64,000 nucleotides of DNA. Origin: Eubacteriales bacterium. Lineage in GTDB: Bacteria; Bacillota; Clostridia; Oscillospirales; CAG-272. Below, one piece after another: positions 55,803-63,558 of this stretch. A program made the translations under genes and the position numbers. The DNA lies in NCBI GenBank assembly GCA_045120955.1, contig JBGVFH010000072.1, forward strand, positions 31,876 to 95,875, in the 5' to 3' direction. Below the pieces are notes generated by a model. The model saw only the letters and a list, made by a program, of their open reading frames with translations. It did not search any database and was not told where the DNA came from. How positions within the stretch are numbered: position 1 is the first letter of the stretch; each line of letters begins with the position of its first letter.

Positions 55803-56958
55803 TTGCAACACATCCTTTCACTTGTTCCAAAGCATTGACGAGGAAATCGCCGCTATTCTTGTAAGAGTGAGAGTAATGCAAACTCTGAAGGAACTCACTG
55901 TGACCGACTTGGGCAGAAATAGTGGTGTATGGTATGCCGTTATAGACACACATGCTGATATAACTGTGTCGTAAACAGTGTACACAGATATCCTTAACCC
56001 CTACTTGTGCAGCACCTTCGTGAAGGTGTTTCAGAAGAGTGGATTTGCTCGTTACAAAAACACGAGCATTGGGGTCCATCGGTCCAAGGCTGTCTATGAA
56101 CTCTCGGAGTTCATCTGCCAAAAAAGAGGGTATTTTCACAGTGCGAAGACTTTCGCCGTTTTTGAGGCCCTTGTCAACTTTACCCTTCACTTTGTGGTAT
56201 CCATCCTTGACATAGATGATGCCATTTTTGAAATCCAAATCTTTGCTTCGGATTCCAAGAAGTTCTGCCTCTCGCATTCCTGTCCAAAAAAGAGTGCAAT
56301 AAGCATAATAGAGCAAAGGATTATGCTCTTGTGTGCGGATGAATCTGGCAAACTCTTCTGGTTCCCAGATTTCTCGTTCAGGTGCATCTTTTGCACCTAT
56401 TTTATACAAGCCCTTGCAAGGGCTTGTCGGAAGACGACGAATTGCCACTGCATAGTTGAAAATAGCAACCAGTTGATTGTTAATGGTTCGGAGATAGGTA
56501 TCAGAGTAACACTCTTGGGTTTTGACGACCTTCTCCCTGCCACTATTGGACACAACTGTTTCCTTCACCACCTTTTGGCTCTCTGACAGATGATGTTGCC
56601 ACTGCATAATATCGTAAGGCTCAATGTCCACAACCAATCTGCCTGCAAAATAAGGCAAGATTTTGGTTTCGATAATATGCTTCTTGGTTTCGAAGGTAGT
56701 GATACGGACATGCATCTTCTTGTAGAAGAGATACTCTTCAATGAGTTCGTCCATCGTCATTGTGCTGATGGTCTTCCTCTTTTGCTCCAAGGCCTCGATG
56801 ATTGAAGGCAATTCGGTCTCTATCCACTTCTTGGCTTCTCGTTTGAGTTTGAAACCTCGTTTACAGGTGTTTTTGGTGATACCAGTAGCGGGGTCGTAAT
56901 AACGATAAGTCACACGAAACTTGTCGCCATCTTTTGCGATGTTTGCTCTTATTACCAT
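55795..56958 (-). CDS. int: Tyrosine site-specific integrase (Tn916/phage-integrase type with N-terminal arm-binding domain)
   Basis: ATG at 56958 after GGAAGGAGGTG. Catalytic pattern GMREAEL ... HCLRHSY ... LHYSHSY. Confidence 0.9.
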   Translation of the reverse strand: MVIRANIAKDGDKFRVTYRYYDPATGITKNTCKRGFKLKREAKKWIETELPSIIEALEQKRKTISTMTMDELIEEYLFYKKMHVRITTFETKKHIIETKILPYFAGRLVVDIEPYDIMQWQHHLSESQKVVKETVVSNSGREKVVKTQECYSDTYLRTINNQLVAIFNYAVAIRRLPTSPCKGLYKIGAKDAPEREIWEPEEFARFIRTQEHNPLLYYAYCTLFWTGMREAELLGIRSKDLDFKNGIIYVKDGYHKVKGKVDKGLKNGESLRTVKIPSFLADELREFIDSLGPMDPNARVFVTSKSTLLKHLHEGAAQVGVKDICVHCLRHSYISMCVYNGIPYTTISAQVGHSEFLQSLHYSHSYKNSGDFLVNALEQVKGCVANV

Positions 56959-56959
56959 A

Positions 56960-57184
56960 TTAGACACCTCCTTCCGCTACCGCAGGATAACCGCAAACCT
57001 TCTGCATAAAGTAGGCACGGTTAGTTCTTCCCGCAAGAGTGATGTAACCCATCGCAGCAAGTTCCTTGTTGAGTTTATGCATAACCTTATAGGCGGTGGG
57101 TTCAGAGATGTCGAGGAGTTGACAGATTTCGCCAACTCGGATGTACACACTGCTCTGATTGGCAGTATTAACTGTATTAGTCAT
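56960..57184 (-). CDS. xis: Excisionase-type HTH DNA-binding protein
   Basis: 74 aa, immediately upstream of int. HTH segment VGEICQLLDISEPTAYKVMHKL. Confidence 0.6.
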   Translation of the reverse strand: MTNTVNTANQSSVYIRVGEICQLLDISEPTAYKVMHKLNKELAAMGYITLAGRTNRAYFMQKVCGYPAVAEGGV

Positions 57185-57329
57185 TCTAATAACCTCCTAA
57201 ATGTGTTTTACACCTCGGTGGGTGACATATCATCCAGATATGTAAGCGGTTGGACGACCACATATAGGAGTTGTTGAAGACCTTGCTTGTAGTCACTGTA
57301 CGGCAACTACAAGCAGGTACAATCAACTA

Positions 57330-57602
57330 TTATTTCAATAAAGCAGACACTTCTTTGTGAAGACGGTCTGCGAAATCACTTGGGTAATGGTAACTAGTGA
57401 TGATTTCATCCATCTGCTCGATGGTAATAGAGGCATCCTTGCGGAAGCAAACGATGTCAACGATGAATGCTGCATAGTTAGCATACTCATCACCATTTGT
57501 CGCATTTTCTTTGATGTCTTCGAAATAGGCATCAAGTTTGCGACGGCGAACAGGTGCATAGGACGGATAAAACCATAACACATTAAGGAACTTATTCTGC
57601 AT
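57330..57602 (-). CDS. Hypothetical protein
   Basis: 90-aa ORF overlapping the upstream gene end by 11 nt. Confidence 0.45.
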   Translation of the reverse strand: MQNKFLNVLWFYPSYAPVRRRKLDAYFEDIKENATNGDEYANYAAFIVDIVCFRKDASITIEQMDEIITSYHYPSDFADRLHKEVSALLK

Positions 57603-58281
57603 CTACCAAACCACCTCCTTGCATCAGAAGTTCCACTTCCTTTTCAATTGTGTGTGCCTTTCGGTACAGTGCCGCAATATCTCGGTCACAGTCCTCGATT
57701 TGAGCATTCAAAATCTGTGCGACAGATTTATCACAATCGGGTTTTGCGAGTTCCTTGGTCAGAGCATTGCGGCAATTCCGCTTTTGGGCATTCTTGATGC
57801 GGATGCTCTTTCGGACTTCGCTGACCTTTGCCTGTGTTTCCTTCAACTTATCCTTATCGCCTTTCGGCATCTTTAAAGGATTGATGACCTTGCTGAAATA
57901 AGAATCACGAAGGACTTCCAGTGTGTCTGCGACAGAAGGGATGCAGTATCGTGTTTCTTCAATGTCCGTATAGGCATTTACGAAAATTCTCTGCTCCACG
58001 ATTTCAGCATCAATCAAATCATCAAGCCAAACCTTGATGTCGGCATCCTCCATAGAATACTGTTGGAGATATGCCTTGGGTTCTGCGATTGCCTCGCTAT
58101 ACGAAAGAGTGAAATCTTCTTCCGTGTGGTTTGCCATTCTGTCCTGAATGGCGATGTACATTGCAAGATATTGAAGCCCTTTCATTCGGATAAGTGTCTG
58201 CAAAGCAGTATTATCATTAATGAAGCCATACGGCAACTGGGTGAACTCGGCTCTGTATCTCTTGCCTGGTATCAGGCTCAT
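57592..58281 (-). CDS. Putative replication/replisome-organizer-like protein (weak call)
   Basis: Start at ATG 58281 after AAAGGAG. The N-terminus LPYGFINDNTALQTLIRMKGLQYLAMYIAIQDRM resembles DnaD/DUF4373-type winged-helix starts. The C-terminus looks like a basic coiled coil. Confidence 0.35.
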   Translation of the reverse strand: MSLIPGKRYRAEFTQLPYGFINDNTALQTLIRMKGLQYLAMYIAIQDRMANHTEEDFTLSYSEAIAEPKAYLQQYSMEDADIKVWLDDLIDAEIVEQRIFVNAYTDIEETRYCIPSVADTLEVLRDSYFSKVINPLKMPKGDKDKLKETQAKVSEVRKSIRIKNAQKRNCRNALTKELAKPDCDKSVAQILNAQIEDCDRDIAALYRKAHTIEKEVELLMQGGGLVDAE

Positions 58282-58394
58282 GAAATCAACTCCTTTATTA
58301 TGTTTTATGGGATGTGTCGATACTCTTAAAAGTATCATCACATCTGCATTGTAGCACAAAGAAACTTAAAAGTCAAGTACTTTATGCAGATATA

Positions 58395-58423
58395 TTGACA
58401 ATTTTATAAAAATGTGCTAAAAT
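58395..58423 (+). promoter_or_regulatory. Promoter of the resolvase-like gene
   Basis: TTGACA-17 nt-TAAAAT with TGTGCTAAAAT. Confidence 0.5.
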
Positions 58424-58454
58424 AGACACAGATTCATAAAAGGAGGGCATCAAA

Positions 58455-59366
58455 ATGAAATATGTGTATGCCTGTATTACTTATAAGTGTCATATTGACA
58501 TGGATGAAGCCAAAAAGACCAAGAAGTATCAGAAGGCTGCCGAGGTTGCAAATGCACTTGGCATCGAAAACATAGTTGTTGATATCTGCACTTCCCGCAA
58601 CAGACACAAGCATAACTTGGAGCAAATCTTGCAGACCGAGGGCAATGTCGTCGTTGTTTCCGATGTTTCTGCTCTGGGACAAAAGAACGAAGTTGCTGAT
58701 GTTTACCGTCGCATCATCCAGACAGGAAATGATATACTTATTACTTATTTCGGTAAAGGCGGAGTTCTTGAAGAGAATGAACTTTCTTCTGCAACTCTTT
58801 CTTTCACAAAGAAGCAGACCCTGTCATTAGAACAGGTGATAGCACGATTAGACGGACAATCGAACTTTGAGTTTTTGAGCAATAGCAGAAAGACCGTTGA
58901 CCCTCGTATTGCCGCTGCTTATTGGCAGATTGAGAAAGGTGAAAAGAATCAAGTTGAGGCAATTGAGGAGATTGGCACAAGCAAAAGCACCTTTATCCGC
59001 AGAGTGGAAGAATATATCGGGTCCGAAGATTGGGTAGCAGGTTATCTTAAAGCACTTGAAGACGATAACTTTTTGAATACCCCGAACAAACTCGGCGGCA
59101 TTTCCGATGATGCTAAAAAGTTATATGAGTATATGAAGGCAAACCCCGAAGATTTTGACAACTATCCGTTAGAGGTCGCTGTCTCGTTCGCTGGTATAGA
59201 TTTAGACACTTGGGACAGAATATCAGAACTCTCAATCAAGGAAGACGATGCATCCAAAGAGGAAGCAGACCGTTTGAGTACCCGTTACTATGTCAATGCA
59301 CATCATCTGTATCGCCAGACGATTAAGTACGATAAGTATTTGAAGCAGTTAAAGTATCGCCAGTAA
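58455..59366 (+). CDS. Serine-recombinase-like protein with substituted catalytic residues, HTH and a roughly 130-aa C-terminal extension
   Basis: YACITYK aligns to resolvase YARVSTQ, and VVVVSDVSALGQ aligns to LVVxKLDRLGR. HTH segment GTSKSTFIRRVEEYI. Confidence 0.5.
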   Translation: MKYVYACITYKCHIDMDEAKKTKKYQKAAEVANALGIENIVVDICTSRNRHKHNLEQILQTEGNVVVVSDVSALGQKNEVADVYRRIIQTGNDILITYFGKGGVLEENELSSATLSFTKKQTLSLEQVIARLDGQSNFEFLSNSRKTVDPRIAAAYWQIEKGEKNQVEAIEEIGTSKSTFIRRVEEYIGSEDWVAGYLKALEDDNFLNTPNKLGGISDDAKKLYEYMKANPEDFDNYPLEVAVSFAGIDLDTWDRISELSIKEDDASKEEADRLSTRYYVNAHHLYRQTIKYDKYLKQLKYRQ

Positions 59367-59436
59367 GATTTCTGGAAAATAAAATCGCCATGTAATACCT
59401 TATGGGTGTAGTTATTTATACCCAAGGAGGAATTAT

Positions 59437-59721
59437 ATGGCGATTATTTTTACCCCAGAATTCTTTAAGGAACAGTTTCGGAACGGGAAAACAATTCGAC
59501 AGATTTCGACAGAAAACTATGTTTCGCCGTCGTATGTGTCGCATATTATCAGCGGGTTTGAAAAGGCAGGTATGCTAACGAAGATGGACCGCTGTGTTGT
59601 TCCACCCGCCCTCCTGACCGCCCTTAAAGACAAAACCCTATCGTATTATGAAGCAGAGAAAATCACAGGAAAATCATACCGATACCTAAAACGGTATGCG
59701 GATATGCTCGACTACCATTAA
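59437..59721 (+). CDS. Small HTH DNA-binding protein
   Basis: 94 aa. HTH segment GKTIRQISTENYVSPSYVSHIISG. RBS AAGGAGG. Confidence 0.5.
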   Translation: MAIIFTPEFFKEQFRNGKTIRQISTENYVSPSYVSHIISGFEKAGMLTKMDRCVVPPALLTALKDKTLSYYEAEKITGKSYRYLKRYADMLDYH

Positions 59722-59737
59722 AGAAAGACACCAACGG

Positions 59738-60076
59738 TTAATCGTTGGTGTCTTCTTTTGGTTTTATGATTATATCAACTCTTATGCGACACTCTTGGTT
59801 GCCCTCTGTGGCGATTTTATTTACTCGCTCTAAAATATCGAGAATGCGGTCAATCTTGTCTTCCCGTGTTTGTAGAGTGGCCATATCCTTTTCTATCAGT
59901 TGGTCGATATATGCTCTTGTTTTTTTGATTGTCGTCAAATCCATCCGTTCTTCTATGGAATCGTCATTAATCTGATAGACGTGCCGACCATCAGGACCGA
60001 GGATTTGTGTCTTTCGGAACTTATAACCACGGTGTGAGTAAACCATCATATTTCGATATTTATATTGAAAGCCCAT
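59738..60076 (-). CDS. Hypothetical protein
   Basis: Start at ATG 60076 after AAAGGATG. 112 aa. Confidence 0.45.
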   Translation of the reverse strand: MGFQYKYRNMMVYSHRGYKFRKTQILGPDGRHVYQINDDSIEERMDLTTIKKTRAYIDQLIEKDMATLQTREDKIDRILDILERVNKIATEGNQECRIRVDIIIKPKEDTND

Positions 60077-60520
60077 TATAATCATCCTTTCATTTATGTT
60101 GATGATTAAACTATCGGATATTTTTCGGTTAATTGCAAGAAATCTTAAAGCATCCCGTATAGTCAATTTTATAGGCAAAAATATGGTTATTGCAACCCAG
60201 ATAATGGTAGCGAAAATGGTAGAGGTTTTTGACCATATTAAGACTCATATCCTTTGCGAATTGTATTTTTTAAAAAATACGATTTCGGCTCGGACGATTT
60301 CAAAATCCCTTCCCCCCAGTATCTACTTTTTTAAGATTTATGAAAAGGGGGTGGAAATGGGTCAAAACGATACCTTTTAGGGTCTTAATCGCACTCAATC
60401 AATCTACAAAATTTTTAATCGTTTGCCACGGCGGTAGAAAAATATATCGTTTCGCAATTAAAAAAGGAGCATTTTTGAGTTAAAATGGGGTGGGAAAAAT
60501 ATGCGAAAGTAGGTGAAAAA

Positions 60521-61033
60521 ATGAACTATAACAAGACCCTTTTCGATGAGTTGATTCAGACCATTGTTCCGAACCTAAATGGGTGTGTCTGCCCGCCCTC
60601 CCTTCAAGACCCAGAAAAACAGTTTTATGCAAAAGAGTACACCGATAATCTCCTTGTAAGTCTCTTGCATAGCAACCGAGACGACTATAAGACACCTCAA
60701 AGAGCACTTGAAATTGCATTCTCTGCTGGGTTCTTCTGTCAGATGTTAGATACACTCTCCGAGCAGGAAAGCGAAGAGAAAACATCTTTTATTATCTCTA
60801 TTTTACGGGGTAATGTATTTACGATGGGTGGTCGGATGGTTGGTCTGCTTCTGAACTCTGATGCTGCGAGCATCAAGGCGGAGCACGACGATTTACAGCA
60901 ACGAGCAACCGAGGCTTGCCAGTTTCTTACCTATCAGACCGTTCTGGACATGGCAGTGGAAGAACTATATACCATTTGCTTTGCTATGTTCCTTATCGGA
61001 TGCTCGGTCAGCATCGACTATAAAATCAAGTAA
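60521..61033 (+). CDS. Hypothetical protein
   Basis: 170 aa counted from MNYNK after AGGTGA; an alternative start is at 60485. Confidence 0.45.
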   Translation: MNYNKTLFDELIQTIVPNLNGCVCPPSLQDPEKQFYAKEYTDNLLVSLLHSNRDDYKTPQRALEIAFSAGFFCQMLDTLSEQESEEKTSFIISILRGNVFTMGGRMVGLLLNSDAASIKAEHDDLQQRATEACQFLTYQTVLDMAVEELYTICFAMFLIGCSVSIDYKIK

Positions 61034-61035
61034 AA

Positions 61036-61076
61036 GAAAATGCCATCGAGCACGTTGTGCGCCGATGGCATTTCTC
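61036..61076 (+). terminator. Intrinsic terminator
   Basis: AAATGCCATCG-loop-CGATGGCATTT followed by CTC. Confidence 0.6.
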
Positions 61077-61187
61077 ATCCCACAAATTTTACATATAAAG
61101 AAGATTATAATGTAGGTAAAATCCCTTACCATAGATAATAGTATATTGCTTATCATTAAAAATCAAGAAAATTGCCGTCCAACCGAC

Positions 61188-61547
61188 TTACTTTTTTGAA
61201 AATTCTTTCATAAGAATATTGAGTATTTCCTGCTGACGGTCGGTAAGGCCTGCTCCTTTTGAAGAGTTATCTCTAAACTCAAAAACGATTGTTTGAAGCA
61301 CCTGCTTCTGCTGTTCGGTAAGACCGTCAATAGAGACCATTTCGTTTTTATCAATGCCCACAAGATAATCAAGAGAAACATTGAATATCACAGCAAAGTC
61401 CGTGAGAATGCTCAACGGAGGCATTTTTAGATTGTTCTCATAACTGCTTATAACAGACTTCGACCTGTCCACCCGTCTGCCCAACTGCTCTTGCGAGAGT
61501 TTATGCTTTTCTCGAAGTTCACGAAGTCTTAATCCGAAATCAAACAC
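61188..61547 (-). CDS. XRE-family HTH transcriptional regulator
   Basis: 119 aa. LRELREKHKLSQEQLGRRVDRSKSVISSYENN is a canonical Cro/C1 HTH. GTG start after GAAGGTG. Confidence 0.85.
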   Translation of the reverse strand: MFDFGLRLRELREKHKLSQEQLGRRVDRSKSVISSYENNLKMPPLSILTDFAVIFNVSLDYLVGIDKNEMVSIDGLTEQQKQVLQTIVFEFRDNSSKGAGLTDRQQEILNILMKEFSKK

Positions 61548-61630
61548 GGTTTCACCTTCAATCCGTAAAGTTTTCTTATGGAATTATTTTAACCCACTTG
61601 TGTTTTATAATCAGAAACTGTATAATATAG

Positions 61631-62143
61631 ATGTTCTATTATCGAAAACTTATCCTGAAAGAAGGGTTTAAAATAGGAAACAAGATATGTACCTGCTTCG
61701 GTCATCGAGAGACTTATAAGGATTTTTCTCGGATTTTATCGGAGTTGCTTGAAGACTTAATCTTATCTCAAGGGGTTACGGAGTTTTGGACGGGTGGTAT
61801 GGGAAACTTTGATGGAAGTTTCGCCTCTGCCGTTCGTGCTTTGAAACGGAAATACCCTGACATCAAACTCATTCTAATCAAACCTTATTTCTCCAATGAA
61901 TTGAATACCAACAAAGAGTATTATGAGTTCACATATGATGATGTGGTTATACCCGATGTGCTCGCTGGGGTTCATCCCAAATCTGCCATTACAAAGAGAA
62001 ATCGGTGGATGGCCGAAAATAGCGATTTCGTCGTTACCTATGTTTATCGGGATTTTGGGGGAGCATATGATGCCAAGAAGTATGCTCTGAAACTCGGTAA
62101 GACAGTGTTTGAAACTAACGATATGCTCACCGATAAAAGATGA
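61631..62143 (+). CDS. SLOG-superfamily protein (DUF1273/YpsA-YoqJ-like)
   Basis: 170 aa. FGHRE near the N-terminus, then GGMGNFD and a C-terminal GGAYDAKKYA, as in DUF1273 proteins. No SD; the ATG lies 4 nt after a TATAAT, so the transcript may be leaderless. Confidence 0.6.
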   Translation: MFYYRKLILKEGFKIGNKICTCFGHRETYKDFSRILSELLEDLILSQGVTEFWTGGMGNFDGSFASAVRALKRKYPDIKLILIKPYFSNELNTNKEYYEFTYDDVVIPDVLAGVHPKSAITKRNRWMAENSDFVVTYVYRDFGGAYDAKKYALKLGKTVFETNDMLTDKR

Positions 62144-62151
62144 CAAAAAAG

Positions 62152-62190
62152 AAAAACGGCCGTGGTCAAGGGGCGACCACGGCTATTTTT
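62152..62190 (+). terminator. Intrinsic terminator after the SLOG gene
   Basis: GCCGTGGTC-AAGGGGC-GACCACGGC followed by TATTTTT. Confidence 0.7.
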
Positions 62191-62409
62191 CAGGCATTTT
62201 TTATACATAAAGAAGGAGGCAGGACGGACGAGATTGCTCGGTGTGCAACAATCTCATCCGCATCTGCCAAAACATATTTTTGCGGAGCACACCGAAACCA
62301 TTTATTTTATAAAAAATATTAAGGAGGAAGATTGTCCTTCCTAAATATAGAATATTTAATTGACAATAAAAAGTCAAGAAAATGTTAACCATATTTCGTT
62401 AAAAACCCC

Positions 62410-62438
62410 TTTACATTATCCATTAAAGGTGATATAAT
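62410..62438 (+). promoter_or_regulatory. Promoter of the ImmR/ImmA-like pair
   Basis: TTTACA-17 nt-TATAAT. Confidence 0.5.
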
Positions 62439-62472
62439 AATTTTGTCGAAATATGAAAGGAGCACAGTTATC

Positions 62473-62868
62473 GTGGATGCTATTACTGAATTGATTAAGT
62501 CTGAAGTGAAGAAGCAGTATAAAAGTGTGCGACAGTTTTCCGAGAAAAGCGGCATTCCGTATAGTACATTGTCTAATGCCTTCTCAAAGGGTATAGGCGG
62601 CACTTCGTATGATACTGTACTAAAAATCTGCAAAATGCTCAATTTGAAGCAGGTTTATGATGCCGACCTAACAATCTTTAATGATAAGTTCTTTGAAGTA
62701 TGTAGTATGTTATCAGAATTAGATGAACGAGGTGTTCACACTGTTAAAACTGTGTTAACAGTAGAATATAACCGTTGCAAGAGCGATAAAGAAGAACCTG
62801 TTGTAAAAGCACATAACGGTCTCTCCTTTGCAGGCAAGTCTTTTCAGACTAACGGGGTGGAGAAATGA
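62473..62868 (+). CDS. XRE-like repressor (ImmR-like)
   Basis: HTH segment SVRQFSEKSGIPYSTLSNAFSKG. GTG at 62473 after AAAGGAG is preferred, because the ORF-track TTG at 62443 sits only 4 nt after the -10. Confidence 0.65.
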   Translation: MDAITELIKSEVKKQYKSVRQFSEKSGIPYSTLSNAFSKGIGGTSYDTVLKICKMLNLKQVYDADLTIFNDKFFEVCSMLSELDERGVHTVKTVLTVEYNRCKSDKEEPVVKAHNGLSFAGKSFQTNGVEK

Positions 62869-63539
62869 GAATCGAAACCCAAGCAAAAAGAAATGCCAAG
62901 GAGATACTGCTCCGATATGGCATTAGTAAACCAACATTGGAAAATGTAATATTTATCATCGAGGAGCACGGATACGAACTGCTTGAATATAGCAGAAACG
63001 ATACTTCTTCGGCGATTTATCAGGTAATACAAAAACTCAATCTGCTACCTTATGCCCTTTCTGGAAAGGCATTTGCATATCGGAACAATGACACTAAGGT
63101 TGTTTTTGTTTGCGAGGAAATGAGTGCACCAGAGAAATTGTATGCTCTCGCTCACGAACTTGGACACATTGTTTGCTACCATCTTGGAAACGGTATGACC
63201 GAGAACGAAGTGGAGCAGGAGTATATGGCAAATGAGTTTGCTCACTTTTTACTTAACCCGCCTGCGACCTTAAAAGTTTCGGTTTGGGTGAAAAACCATA
63301 AGAAAGCGACCATAATTTCAGCAATCAGTATCCTCTTGGCTATTGTGATGGTTGTAGTAGGAGTAAACATTGCCCAAAGTAAGACCTATTACAAAGAATA
63401 CTACATCACCGAAGGTGGAGAAAAGTATCACGAGAAAGATTGCATTTTTGTAAAAGACAAGACAAATACACGACGGTTGACAGAAAAGGACTTTTACTCT
63501 GGCGAGTATGACCCGTGCCAAATCTGTCTTCCCGACTAA
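62865..63539 (+). CDS. ImmA/IrrE-family metallopeptidase fused to a TM helix and a C-terminal H-C...C-x2-C zinc-finger-like tail
   Basis: HELGH plus EQEYMANEFA. TM helix ATIISAISILLAIVMVVVGVNIA. Tail YHEKDC...DPCQICLP. Overlaps the repressor gene by 4 nt. Confidence 0.7.
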   Translation: MRIETQAKRNAKEILLRYGISKPTLENVIFIIEEHGYELLEYSRNDTSSAIYQVIQKLNLLPYALSGKAFAYRNNDTKVVFVCEEMSAPEKLYALAHELGHIVCYHLGNGMTENEVEQEYMANEFAHFLLNPPATLKVSVWVKNHKKATIISAISILLAIVMVVVGVNIAQSKTYYKEYYITEGGEKYHEKDCIFVKDKTNTRRLTEKDFYSGEYDPCQICLPD

Positions 63540-63558
63540 AAGATACAGGGGGTAAAAT

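Noticed and set aside
54803-56586. Plus-strand ORFs 54803-55528 (241 aa) and 55978-56586 (202 aa) in the mobile element
   Set aside because: They are antisense to the small-gene cluster and to the integrase, whose catalytic R...HxxR...Y pattern is clear. No RBS is present.
62140-62344. Two overlapping 60-aa ORFs after the SLOG gene
   Set aside because: They run across the terminator hairpin at 62152-62190. The AAGGAGG at about 62211 has no start codon at usable spacing. A short peptide starting at the TTG near 62230 cannot be excluded, but it is unsupported.
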